Made by a program: the position numbers and the translations under genes
Shown: positions 26,001 to 38,100 of the stretch, piece after piece
How the letters are laid out: every line of letters begins with the position of its first letter
Position numbering within the stretch: the stretch's first letter is position 1
Notes under the pieces: model-generated
What the model was told of the DNA's origin: nothing
Database searches by the model: none
What the model saw: the letters and a program-made list of their open reading frames with translations, nothing else
NCBI GenBank assembly: GCA_034226945.1
Contig: CP120460.1
Coordinates: 186,001-250,000 of the forward strand
DNA: 64,000 bases
From: Picochlorum sp. SENEW3
Taxonomy: Eukaryota
Direction of reading: 5' to 3'

Positions 26001-27080
26001 TCACCATTCTTCTCGCATCATTCTCCATTTCAACTTGATCAAATATTCAACAGGCAAATATCCCCCTCTATGCATACTCGCGCTAAATATATCAAAATTT
26101 GCCTTTTCCAAAGCATTCAAATACAATTCGACAGACAATGCTTGATTGAACAATGGCGCAGCCTCTGGTTCAATCACCTCATGTGTCCGTGCTGCATCAA
26201 GGTGGGCTTTTGCTACCTTTGCCACCTCAAAAGCCACGTCACTCGGCGAATCGTTCACTAAAAACTCTGTTGGAGTCACACCATACTTTTTGCAAATATC
26301 TTCCGGAAAGTATGTCTTTCCCTTTTTCAAGTACACCACAGCATTCCTGAGCACCTGAGATAAACCTATAGCCTTGCCCAAATGTGATGCAGCATGCTCC
26401 GTGGCGGCAGTCGCGAGTCCACACGCCTCTAATTGCATGTAGAGTAATTGTGAGCAAGTCCCCTCGGCATAGTCCTCCAACTCCCCCATCGATACCATGG
26501 GAGACGTCCTCAGAGCATCCGTCTCATGAGCATCAATCATCCTCATCACCCTATACTTTGATATGGTAGCCTGTCGCACTAATTCACTCACAGCCTTCAT
26601 CACAGGCTGACTCATTTCATAAGACTGAGTTACTTCAAATGCCTTTCTCACCGAATCCTTCCACCACTGATACCGCATCATGAGCAACATTTCAGTCCGA
26701 GCATGCTCCTGCACAGCTTGTATCTCAATCCCCAGCGCCCTCAACGCAATAATTGGCGCTCTATACTCTGGCTTCAACTGAGAACACCACAGATAATTTT
26801 CGTACTCTTTCTCTTTCACAAGGCGTTGGCAGTACGTCATGGCTTCTTTCAAACCACCATCAGAAGAGCTTGCCATACCTCTGCTGCAACTTGGCTGCCT
26901 CAAACCCCACCCCATCCCATCCACCCTACGGCAATCCTCTTGAGACCAACTATCTACTTTGAAATCCTCTCCAAGGCCCATCCCTTTATTCGTCAGGCCA
27001 AGAGCTCTACGAAAAGTGAGGCATGTGTCTTGCAGAATAAAACATTGCCCCTGGCGCCTCAGCAACGCCTGACTCACCAT
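26001..27080 (-). CDS. NDUFAF6: Complex I assembly factor NDUFAF6-like (squalene/phytoene synthase fold)
   Basis: ALRAL..E, MRYQWWKD, LEDYAEGT.SQLLY, HAASHLGKAIG, HLDAAR. Confidence 0.88.
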   Translation of the reverse strand: MVSQALLRRQGQCFILQDTCLTFRRALGLTNKGMGLGEDFKVDSWSQEDCRRVDGMGWGLRQPSCSRGMASSSDGGLKEAMTYCQRLVKEKEYENYLWCSQLKPEYRAPIIALRALGIEIQAVQEHARTEMLLMMRYQWWKDSVRKAFEVTQSYEMSQPVMKAVSELVRQATISKYRVMRMIDAHETDALRTSPMVSMGELEDYAEGTCSQLLYMQLEACGLATAATEHAASHLGKAIGLSQVLRNAVVYLKKGKTYFPEDICKKYGVTPTEFLVNDSPSDVAFEVAKVAKAHLDAARTHEVIEPEAAPLFNQALSVELYLNALEKANFDIFSASMHRGGYLPVEYLIKLKWRMMREEW

Positions 27081-27385
27081 CTTCTACCCCTTCCAATACC
27101 ACCTTTAGGCTATAATAATACGTGTAATGCCTCTTCATGGCCGATCGATCCGGTATATCCATGAGATCCACACCACCCATGGGTATCACACTGCCTCCCA
27201 TCCAGTACTCTCTTTGATAGGACTAATCTCTGCGCTTGTTCGCTACAATTTGAAATCCACAATGCCTGAAAACGCCATACATCCCCATCGAACTTTTATA
27301 GATTCACATCCATATCACAAATATACTGCATATTGCCTGTTTCAAACAACGTCACGGCCAGAAAGAGTTTAAAAAGATACTTTCA

Positions 27386-28807
27386 ATGGCAGGGGATTTA
27401 GTCGCAGGTACAGTGTTGCAGTGTGGAGCAACAGATTACTGGGCAATTGGTAGAACCAAAGAGACAAGGCCCGAGTATCCATGTCTTAATGTACCTCATA
27501 AGCTGAAAGAACTGGAGGTGGGTGACACACGTGTTTGGTTGTTGTGGCGGTGGGAGGGGTCGTACTGAGCTCGATCCATGGCACGTTGTGATACTATGCA
27601 GGATGTTAAGATTACATTTATCGCTGCTGGAAGTGCTGCGTGTCACTCGGTGGCTGTTGATGTGGATGGAGGGTGCTATGTGTGGGGAAGAAATGAGAAG
27701 GGTCAGTTGGGACTTGGAGATCAGTTGACTCGTAATGTTCCAACAAAGTTGGAAGGTCTGAAGGATCATAAGATTGTGTCGGCTGCATGCGGTAGATACC
27801 ACACCGTGTTTTTGACGGATAAGGGTGAGAGTTATGCGTGTGGTCTGAATTCATATGGGCAGTGTGGGACTGGGAGTGTCAAAAAGGTCAAGGGAGGAGA
27901 GGATATCATCCTCACACCGCAGCGATGTGAAATTTTGAATTGTTCAAAGGTGTGTTGTGGGGGTGAATTCACCATGTGGCTGTGTGATGGAGCCTTGTTC
28001 TCTGCTGGACTGCCTCAGTATGGACAATTAGGTCATGGTACTGACAACCAGTATAACGCGGCTGATTCGTCCGTGAAGATGGTGTTTGATCCTCAGCCGG
28101 TGCCTACAAAAATTGAAGCTCTTGCTGAGAAGAAAGTTACCAGGGTTGACTGTGGACATAATCACACGATTGCAGTCTGCTCTGATGGGGGTGTGTGGAC
28201 ATGGGGATTTGGAGGATATGGGCGTCTTGGCCATAAAGTACAGCAAGATGAATTCAAGCCAAGATTGGTGGAGACGTTGACTGGTAGAATTAAGATTCCA
28301 GAGGACGCCATTGTGGCTGCAGGTGCCACATCAACATTTTGCACCATGGTTGGTGGACAACTGTTTGCATGGGGAAAACTGAAAACATCTGGAGACAATC
28401 TCATGTACCCTGTACCGTATATGGAACTTGCTGGATGGGACATCAAAAGTTTTTCGTGTGGAGCGACGACGTTTGGGTGTTCTGCAAGTGCAGACGGGGA
28501 AAATTCAACCATTACATGGGGAGGTACGAGTGGATTCGGCGAATTAGGCTACGGAGAGGGCGGCAAGAAGAGCTCTGCAAACCCAGATAAATGCCTTGCC
28601 TTGGAGGGCGCAGATTGCTACCAGGTCTCCATGGGGCAAGGCCACAGTCTCTTCCTGGTGGACTCTGAGTCTGAGCAAGTGAAGAATGCCCCTGTTCATG
28701 TTGCCATCAAAGACATTGACGACAAAGTTCCTGCAGCAGCAAGTGCTTCTGTTGCTGGTAATAAGAGAAAGACCAGCGCCAAAGCGGGTAAAAATAAGCG
28801 CAGGTGA
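27386..28807 (+). CDS. RCC1-repeat protein, RCC2/TD-60-like
   Basis: ACHSV, WGRNEKGQLG, GLPQYGQLGHG, WGFGGYGRLGH, MYP, GELGYG..KKSS; basic NLS-like tail; intron 27518-27601. Confidence 0.9.
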
Positions 28808-29094
28808 TTCAACATACAAACGCTGCATCTGACTTTATGATCATCATCAAATAAAGAACTTCTTGTTGTTTCAAGGATTGACGTGTAATCTTGACCCACT
28901 TTGAGACATATTTATATATCATGTCTAATAAACTACTAGTACCGCTTGTATTGTATGTATATATAGAGAGATTGTCCACGTTCCGGCCTGCGATGCTCAA
29001 CTGAATTTCAAAACAACGTATGCTGACTGGGAGACTTGTATCTATGATGCGCGATTTGGAATTTATAAAGTCCATTTTAGATAATTAATGGGAC

Positions 29095-31515
29095 ATGGAA
29101 ACGGTATTGAACGTCGCAGAGAAGAACAGCGTTGCCCGAGAAGTGACTCGTTTGTTGTGTCGCGGACAGGCTGCACAAGACATCCCAACATGGTATGATG
29201 CGCGCTTTCTTCTGCATATATCTAAATGATATATTTGATTGATGTATCTGACATGCAGTGCGACGTATTGCCGAAACTTTTCCTTTCCTTTCACCCTTCA
29301 AGGTAGGCAGGTGAATATGGTCTTTTCCTCGGTTGCTGGACACTTGCTGGAGCTGGACTTTGTGGCGCCGTATAATACCTGGAGGGGTTGTGCTCCAGGG
29401 TATTTATACGAGGCTCCTGTGGCAAAGCAGGTCTCGAAAGGAGAGGGAGAGAAGATAAAGAGAAACTTACAGAGACTGGCACGGTCAGCAAAGATGCTGA
29501 TTTTATGGCTGGATTGCGATAGAGAGGGAGAAAATATTGCTTTCGAGGTTCTTTCAGTGTGTAGAGAGGTGAATCCTCGGATGGAAGTGAAACGAGCTCG
29601 ATTCTCAGCATTAATATCATCCGACATATTCAGAGCAGTGCATAATTTGGTTGCTCCAGATGAGAATCAGTCAGCCGCTGTCGATGCGCGGCAAGAAATT
29701 GATCTGCGGATAGGCTCATCATTTACTAGGCTTCAGACTCTTCTTCTTCAGGATGCATTCGATTGGACAGAGTTTTTGCCCAGTGACAGAGAGAGGATGT
29801 TGCTCAGTTATGGACCGTGCCAGTTTCCAACTCTTGGCCTGATTGTCAAGAGGGAATGGGAAATTCAGTCACATGTCCACGAAAATTTCTGGACTATATA
29901 TATACAATATAAAGAGGAGAATGGCCCGAGCGCAGGCAAGGCTCGTTTCAATTGGGACAGGGGTAATGTGTTTGATAGAGCGGTTGCGACAATGTACCAC
30001 AACATGTGTACAGCACAGCCTCAGGCAACAGTGATCGATATTGCGGGTGCGCAGCGGAGACGAAATGCACCAGTTCCCTTATGTACATTAGAGCTTCAAA
30101 AGAAGGGGAGTCAATATCTGCGAATGTCCGGTGAAAGAATTATGAAACTGGCAGAGGAACTGTATCAGAATGGATTCATTTCCTATCCCAGAACTGAAAC
30201 AACATTGTACAAGCAAGGGTATGACTTGAAAGGACTCGTCAAGAGTCAAGCAGACTCTGGCAAAGCATGGTCAGGGTACGCTTCACAATTGCTCGATCGT
30301 GGCTTTCGTTGGCCTCTGTCTGGTGGGAAGGATGATGGTGCACATCCTCCAATACATCCTACAAAACCATACGATTACCAGGGACAGAATGCCCAAGAGA
30401 AGGGCAAAATATACGAATTCATAGTGAGGCATTTCTTAGCATCCTGTTCTCCAGATGCGATCGGTCAGGAGACGAAAATCAGCATTTCAGTCGCAGGAGA
30501 ACACTTTTCATGTACCGGGCTCATGGTTGTTGAGAAGAACTGGTTGGAAATATTTCCATGGACCAACTGGGGTGGATCCGAGTCTCTACCTCGGCTTCAG
30601 CCCAATCAAACATTCACGCCTCAAGCGATTGATTTTCATGAAGGAACGACGCAGCCGCCGCCTCGCATGCGAGAGACAGATTTGTTAGCAAAGATGGATG
30701 AGTACGGCATTGGTACTGATGCCACAGTGGCTGATCATATTGCAAAGCAGCTGGACAGAGGGTATGCCACAAAAGATTCTGCGTCCATGACGTTTGCACC
30801 TACATCCTTGGGCGAATCTCTTATTTCTGCCTACTGCAAAATGGGTCTTGAGAACCTCTGGTGGCCAACTCTGCGAGGCATTATAGAGGGAAACATTGAT
30901 GCAGTTGCCAGAGGCAGACGAACAAAAGATGCCGTTTTATCAGAAGCGATAGTGTCATTCAAGCGCGATTTTGACGCTGCGAATGAGAAATCTCAAATCC
31001 TTCGTGATGAAGTGGGGACTATTGTCTTTGCAGGAAGGGCACAGGTTGCCCCGCAACACCCCCAAGGTCAACCATTTGCATCGTGCTCCTGTGGTGCACA
31101 GCTCATCTTGTCGAGACAGGATGGCATATTCGCAGTGCAGTGTGCCATCATGCATGCTGGTCATGCAAGTAAGAAGACATTTCCTCGTCGAGTGACGCGA
31201 GACGTTCAAATCTCACAGGATTCCTGTGCTCAATGCGGAGATGACGTGCGCAAACTATCCTTCACCTTTGACTCTGGCCTCCTGCCACCCTCATACCGGC
31301 ATATGGCACAGTGTTCACGCTGCGTCAGATGTGATAGAGAGTTTGCCAACCTCTTACGAACCATTGGACCGTCATCATCATCTCGTCGGCAGGGAAGGGG
31401 AAGAGGAGGAGGAGCAGGTGGACGAGGCAATGCAACCACAACAGCAGGGCGGAGAGGAGGACGAATAAATTCTACCAACAACTCACGACGACGAGGCAGA
31501 CAACAGCGCAGATGA
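29095..31515 (+). CDS. TOP3A: DNA topoisomerase 3-alpha (type IA)
   Basis: VLNVAEK TOPRIM in exon 1 (intron 29193-29258), WLDCDREGENI, RQEIDLRIG, SYGPCQFPTLG, catalytic ISYPRTET, AHPPIHP, GIGTDAT. Confidence 0.93.
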
Positions 31516-31555
31516 TTCATGAATTATTACATACATGGAGTAATTTTTAAAAATT

Positions 31556-32800
31556 TCATTCCGATACAGCCTTCTTCTTGGGAGCATAAAACGTTTTGGA
31601 TGCCTCCAAGACTGTGAAAAACACACTTCCACCAACACCAATCCAAATAACACGAGGCTGCCATCCTTTAAACAACGCCCGTGGACCCTCTTCCTGACAA
31701 ATCTTCACAGCACAATCCCATACATTCTTGTACTTTCCACTCTGCCCCTGAATCATCAACCGCGTCTTGAGCACATCCAATGGAGTGGTCACCAATCCAG
31801 TTGCAGCCCCTGCCCCTGCCCCAAACACCGAATGCTCCCCTGGATTCAAATCTCTCGAATCTTTCAACACCAACGTCTTATATCCTTTCTTCAATTGCTC
31901 ATAGGTCACAAATTCTATCGCATCAAACGGCAAATCCCTCAACAAGAAGGAACCATACCCAGCAAACATCCCCCGCATACCCTCTCGTGTCACAATCGAC
32001 TTCAACGCCTTGGTCGCATGTGTAAACTCTCCAGTCTGCATTCTCGTCTTCACCACCTCTGTAGGAACACGAATAACCGATGACGCCAACCCAGCAGCAA
32101 CCCCAGCCATCAGTGGCCCCAAGAATGACTTGTTCTCTGGCACAGAGGACAGCACAGCCTTCTTCACAGGCTCATACACCGCCATGAATACAGCAGACGC
32201 CGGCCCAACCCCAGCCAAATTCCCCCACACACCAGCATATAAACTTCTTCCACCTCCACTCTTGAGCAACGCCCCAACTCCCCCTCCAGATCGCATGGCT
32301 TGCAGCCTTGTCTTGATGGTATCAATCGGATACAGGGCAGCCTCGACAGCACACCCAGCAGTCGCACCAGCTGCCAAATTCCCCGCCGTGATCCTCCACA
32401 TAGGAGCATTAGTATCAATATTCGGATGTAAACTAGAATTCTCTGCCGCAGACGCAATCGTACACATCTCATTCGCCTCAACATGACCCGCCGTCCCCAC
32501 CCGAGACACGGAAGCCAGCAAGGCCATCCTTCCACCACCCTGCCTTGTTCTCTTCTTCTTCTTCTCGCTCTCCTCCTCCCTCACAACTTGCCTCCTTCCA
32601 GCCACCAGAAGAGACCTTGGCTTGATGGTGTTTTGGTTGAGACAGAATCGATCAAATTCCATCACCCCTGATTCCCTCGTCGTGCAGAGCAAGGCCTGAG
32701 CACCAGCAGCAGCGCCCTTGTCCAGTCCAGTCTCCCCATCATCCAACAGCACCAATGGACTCGATTGGAATCGATTCTGTCGCCGTTGATGGTACGCCAT
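31556..32800 (-). CDS. Mitochondrial-carrier-family S-adenosylmethionine carrier (SAMC-like)
   Basis: Three Px[DE]xx[KR]xR repeats (YPIDTIKTRLQ, VPTEVVKTRMQ, TPLDVLKTRLM), RDLPFDAIEF, PRVIWIG. Start uncertain. Confidence 0.9.
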   Translation of the reverse strand: MAYHQRRQNRFQSSPLVLLDDGETGLDKGAAAGAQALLCTTRESGVMEFDRFCLNQNTIKPRSLLVAGRRQVVREEESEKKKKRTRQGGGRMALLASVSRVGTAGHVEANEMCTIASAAENSSLHPNIDTNAPMWRITAGNLAAGATAGCAVEAALYPIDTIKTRLQAMRSGGGVGALLKSGGGRSLYAGVWGNLAGVGPASAVFMAVYEPVKKAVLSSVPENKSFLGPLMAGVAAGLASSVIRVPTEVVKTRMQTGEFTHATKALKSIVTREGMRGMFAGYGSFLLRDLPFDAIEFVTYEQLKKGYKTLVLKDSRDLNPGEHSVFGAGAGAATGLVTTPLDVLKTRLMIQGQSGKYKNVWDCAVKICQEEGPRALFKGWQPRVIWIGVGGSVFFTVLEASKTFYAPKKKAVSE

Positions 32801-33127
32801 GATACAACACAATCACAATAAAATAGTAGATCGCATCAATGCCTCACACGAGTAGATAGCATCTTGTTATTTTTAATGTTTTATTGTAGGAAGGCGAGAG
32901 TCCGTCGAGACGACTTCTATCGGACCCACGTGGTGTTTTCTTCTATATGTATTCATATATCTCATATTTTTTAATATATTTATTCATCATGCGTTCCAAG
33001 GCCTTTAAAACGGTATGATTCATGTGACAAGCAGAGCGACGACAAGCAGTCAACGACAGAGCACAGGACTCGGGTTTCGCTCTTCATAAAGCAAGACGCA
33101 GCGAGACCCATTATTGAATAAACAAGC

Positions 33128-34318
33128 ATGCTTGGAAAACAGACCTCTGCGATGGTGAGCGGCCACGCAAGTGTGGTGGGAACAAAGTATGGGGCACTCA
33201 ACCAGGACGTCTCGCTCGTGCATCGGATTCCAATTCCTCAGACTGATAAGCACATCATCATCGCTGCCGTCCTTGATGGGCACGGTATGTTGGGTGAGGT
33301 GGCTGCGGAAGCAGCTGGGAGAGAATTAGTAACACATATAGTTGCGTGTATTCAAGAACATGTTATAGCACACAACAAATTGAAGAAGAACAAGGATCAG
33401 GCGGGATATTTGAGGGCGTGGGGGAAGAGGCGTATACGGGAAATGTTTGACACAGCGTTCCAAAAGGCGCATGCGTGTGTGTTGGACATATACCAAGCTG
33501 CTCCGCCGAAATATTCATTTCCAGACGGCACTGGCATGGGTCACCATGTGTTTGAATTGCAGTCTCGAGATAAACGCAATGATACAGCTGCAATATATAC
33601 AAACCCAACTGCCGGTGCGAGACTTGTGGAATTCGGAACGACAGCGAGCGTGGTGGTCTTGGAACCCGGGTTTGTTGCCGTTGGGCATGTTGGGGACAGT
33701 GATGTCATTCTTGGTTCATTAGATGGGCAATTCCTGGTGGCGACGGAACTCACAAAGCCCCATTCGGGGCATAATATCTCAGAGAGGTATAGAATAGGAG
33801 AATTCTTGTGCGAGGATGAAGAGCTCCTCGGCCTCGCGGCGCTCAGAGAAGATGGGTATTTGGAAGTCAGCAACCTCGGTGGCCTCTCTTCTGTCGCACT
33901 AGGCATGACCCGAGCAGTAGGCCATTATCATTTGCAAGCATTTGGAGTCATCCCTAGCCCGGAGATTTCTTTCTATGATATAGATGATGGGAAAGATGTG
34001 TGCCTCATTCTCGCCACGGACGGAGTATGGGATGCTATGCATCCCAGAGATGCTGTCGTCTTTGTCTCCAGTTCGCTTGCCTCCAAGCGTTCTTCACCCG
34101 ATCGAGAATCACGCGTCGCCATGGACTTATGCAAAGCGTGTGTTGAGATGCAAATAAAAGCAGTAGGAGCAGCAGATAATACGTCTGCGGCAGTGATCTT
34201 CTTCTCGGGAGAATCCTTTATGGATGCCGTCATCCGACACGAGGTCTCGGATGTTCGAGTCGTCGATAAAAAAGACAAGGAAGAAGAATCGCCCCATATC
34301 CCATCGTATGTAATTTAA
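33128..34318 (+). CDS. PP2C/PPM-family protein phosphatase
   Basis: NQD, LDGHG, GTTA, HVGDS, MTRAVG, LATDGVWD, DNTS. A short upstream exon from ATG 32989 (intron ~33013-33141) is possible. Confidence 0.88.
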   Translation: MLGKQTSAMVSGHASVVGTKYGALNQDVSLVHRIPIPQTDKHIIIAAVLDGHGMLGEVAAEAAGRELVTHIVACIQEHVIAHNKLKKNKDQAGYLRAWGKRRIREMFDTAFQKAHACVLDIYQAAPPKYSFPDGTGMGHHVFELQSRDKRNDTAAIYTNPTAGARLVEFGTTASVVVLEPGFVAVGHVGDSDVILGSLDGQFLVATELTKPHSGHNISERYRIGEFLCEDEELLGLAALREDGYLEVSNLGGLSSVALGMTRAVGHYHLQAFGVIPSPEISFYDIDDGKDVCLILATDGVWDAMHPRDAVVFVSSSLASKRSSPDRESRVAMDLCKACVEMQIKAVGAADNTSAAVIFFSGESFMDAVIRHEVSDVRVVDKKDKEEESPHIPSYVI

Positions 34319-34348
34319 AATTATTATCTGAAACAATAGTAGTACGTT

Positions 34349-35062
34349 ATGAGGGAAATATCGACGCAAAAGACGGCTGTGGCTGGGGTGGCCATGAACG
34401 TTGGATCGGCATCCGGGAAACAATCACTGGTCTCGGCGCATCGTCGTTCCGGTCGTATCGGAGCAGTAAGGGTTTTCAATATTAAAGATACAGAGGAAGT
34501 TCAGGACTGGAGGATCAAGGATATGATGACTGTACGAAACACACTCTTGTTTTTTTTGTTTTTTTTCTTTCTTGAACTTTTTTTTCTTATTAAGAATGCT
34601 GCCATGTAGATGACGGAAAAGTACTTTATAGACTTTGTGAACAAGGGACATGAGGCCATTGCGGATGAGATTTTTGATGACAATGCAGTGCATATGGATC
34701 TTGTGTGGGATCCTCTGCACCCATGTGTTGGCCCAGAGGGATTGAAGCATTACCTGCATGATCTGAAGGAGGCGTTTCCTGATTTTCATGTGGATATTGT
34801 GGATATGGCGACGTGTGATATGAATGGGTTGTGGGTGAGGTATGAAGGGTTTGCTTCAAATTTGGGGGAATACCATGGGCATAAGCCATCACATCATACA
34901 TCAACGTTTTCTGGGGTGAATATGTTTCGATTTACAAAGGATCGGACAAAGATTACAGAGGTGATGGTGTATAGGAGTGCGTTTGCTGAAGATAAAGAGG
35001 AGCTTCGGGAGAAGGTGCCTGAAGGTGGGTTCAGAGAGCTGCGGTTGAGACGGCTCATGTAG
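34349..35062 (+). CDS. SnoaL-like/NTF2-fold ester cyclase-like protein, probably organelle-targeted
   Basis: ADEIF..N, GPEGLK....L..AFPDFH, GEYHGHKPS....FSGV; intron 34532-34609. The start may be 34349 or 34394. Confidence 0.8.
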
Positions 35063-35196
35063 CGTTGTGTATTTTTGCAAGATTTTTTACAGTATAGATT
35101 ACACTACATGTAACTGAGTGAGAGAGAAATATATATTGTTGTTGTTGTTGTTATTATTCATTACTATGTATTGAGTACACGCATGGTGTTATGTAT

Positions 35197-38100
35197 TTAT
35201 ACTGATGATTTCTTGGGTATATGCTGCTGTTTTTGGTTGCCAGACTTGTGTCTCCTCTTCTTCTTTTGATCTTCTGGAAGCGGTGATGTGTGTTTGTGCT
35301 GGCGAGGAGGGGGAGGCGGGGCGGTAGCTGCTGATTTTGGATGGATTGGTTTTCTGTGCTGGTGGCTGACAGAGGATGCATCATTCTGAGAAGAATAGAG
35401 CCGCTGTCCATCCTTGTCAAGAATGTTGCCAATGAGATTGACACAGACGGTCAGGGTGTGTGGGAGGCGTGTTTTTGGATGACTTGCTCTAAATGCAAAC
35501 GCTGATACCAGTCTCTGGCGGAGAATACTAATGTAGAGCGCTGAGGAGGCTGGCATGCTGAAGCGGAGCCATCCGTCAACTGTGAGGAGCACCCTTTTGT
35601 CCTTGAAGGACTCCATAGCCTGCCAAAACGACCGTGTCGTGTCATCCATCATAGACTGCAATTCCTCAATCTCGTTAATATCCATTTTTCGAACCGACTC
35701 TGAAATAGTCTCGTTCTGTGCATCGTCAGCGTCATCATCGCGAAGGCATGTGAGGGTGAGATGAGAGGACACCAAAAAGGCTGCATGGGGGTTCACCTCT
35801 GTACATGATTTGACGTAAATGACGGCATCACCACGGGTCAGCTCGTCATATACAAGTAAACTCGGTCTTCCTAGGTCTTCTTGTGTGTCTACGGGATTTT
35901 TTATGCTAATGTTCACGGAGCTTGGATGCACACGGACACGCTCACCTCGAGCATTGATCATGGCTGCTTTGGATTTCTGGTCTCGTCTGGGGTTTGCAGC
36001 AACTCTTCCTATATTTGGATAGAGCCCCAAGGCAATGACTGAACGAACAAGGTTCAGTCTTGTTGCTTTTGATGAAGCGCTCTCCAGCGATGTAATGAAT
36101 CCCTTGTCCATGAGTTCTCCCAAGAGCTGAGTCCTCATGCCATCAATCATTGTCATCGTGGCATTGTTCAGAAAGTTTTGATTGCAATACGTCCATCCAT
36201 TTCCTGACCGCTGTCTTTGTTTCCATTCATTGTAGGCAACTGCGGTAGCAAGGTGGTCGGACAATCCTGAACCACGTGAACTGAAATTGACTTTGATCTG
36301 AGAGGCTCGACGCCGTCCATCCACACTGGCTGGGAGTACCCATGGGTCTCTATACGCCAGGCAGCACGACAAGGTCAAAATGGGATCCAAACATTCGAAT
36401 AGTACACCATAGAGGAGTAGTTTTCCAAGTTTTGGAGGGATGGGGAGCCTTGCTAAATGTGATCCGAGGACTGTCAGTTTCTCTGTGCCTTCCTCAATCG
36501 CACCAATATTTTCAAGCAGTTTGATTGCAGAGTCAACAGCTTTTGACACTGGAGGCTCTACAGCTTTAGACAGAAACTCGCCTATCTTTGTATTGTCATC
36601 GATAAGTTTGACTTGGAGTCCCATTTCTTCCAGCGGAGTCCTCATCAGCTCTGGTGCTTGATACTCATCCATTGCTTCATAGCGCTGTTTCGAGTACATG
36701 TGAAACGCCAAGCCTTTTCGACATCGACCAGCTCTTCCCTTTCTTTGCTTCGCTGATGCTTTGCTGATCCAGCCACTTTGAAGAGTCGAGACGCCACTGT
36801 ACGGATCAAATGATTTTTCCTTTTGCCTGCCACTGTCAATGATGAGAGCCACATCATCAATTGTAATGGCAGTCTCTGCAATGTTTGTGGAGAGGATAAT
36901 CTTTCGTACATTCCGAGGGGGTCTCTGGAAAACTTTTCGCTGCTCTACAGGTGATACCATGGAATGGAGAGGAAGGACAATGTACTTTTGAGGATTGCCA
37001 AAATATCCTGACTGATCCAAGGCATCTTTCAGCCGCATGATTTCATCCCACCCGGGAAGGAAAATAAGAATCGCACTTGCATCGCTCTCAACAGCAGAAA
37101 TAGCGGCATCCAGACCTTCAACTGTCTTTCCTTGGCGCTTCTCTCCACACACAAAAAGTAATAGCTCTTCAATCAGCCCAATATCAACATCATCAACATC
37201 TATATTTGACTGGTAATGGCTCAATGCTAACGCTGCATCTGCAATATTACTTTGACTAGAGACCTGATGTGTATGTACATCGATAAGATTGGCGAGCTCC
37301 TCGTGACCAAATTGCCTGGCACATTCCACTGGCGTCATTCCATTTTGTGCCCTGATGGATGGATCTGCCCCGTTTGCCAATAGGATACTCACAATATCAC
37401 CCCTACCATGAAAACAAGCACAAAAAAGCGCAGTCGTTCCATTATCTGGATGCTGAAAATTTATAGTCACATTCTCATCATGGAGGGATTCTGTGTCTGC
37501 AGACCCTGTGAGTTCAAGCAGCCGTTCAAAATCATCATCATCCCCTTGCTTGAATGCACTTTCAATTGCTTCGCTCAACGCCTTTGCCTTCTTCTTACTA
37601 ATCGAACCTTGTGATATCGTATGTGATGGTGCATGTCCAAGTTCCATGGACAGCTGCCGCATAGCAGCTTGCTCATACCCTGTTATTCGAAGCACATCCT
37701 CCAAAAAGTAGTCTTTGACTGGAAATGTAAATCCTGGTACCCGAATGATGGGACATCCTCCAAAATACTTTGAGAATAAATCCTCATGCAATGTCGCCGA
37801 CATCAAAATCAAACGAAGTTGCGGATATTTTGGCAGAATATCCCGGATACAAATCAGCATGAAATCCGCAAACCGATCCCTCTCGTGAATTTCATCCACC
37901 ACAATATGGGTGACATCATCCAGCGCATTATCCATCGTTGAGGTCAACATCCGTAGCATGATACCATTTGTACAAAACATTATTGCAGCATCGTCTCCTC
38001 CCTTCTTGTCCAAACGGATCGTGTACCCCACATTATCCCCAATTGATTCACAGCGCTCTTGAGCAATTCTCTCAGCAACTGATGTGGCACTCAACCTTCG

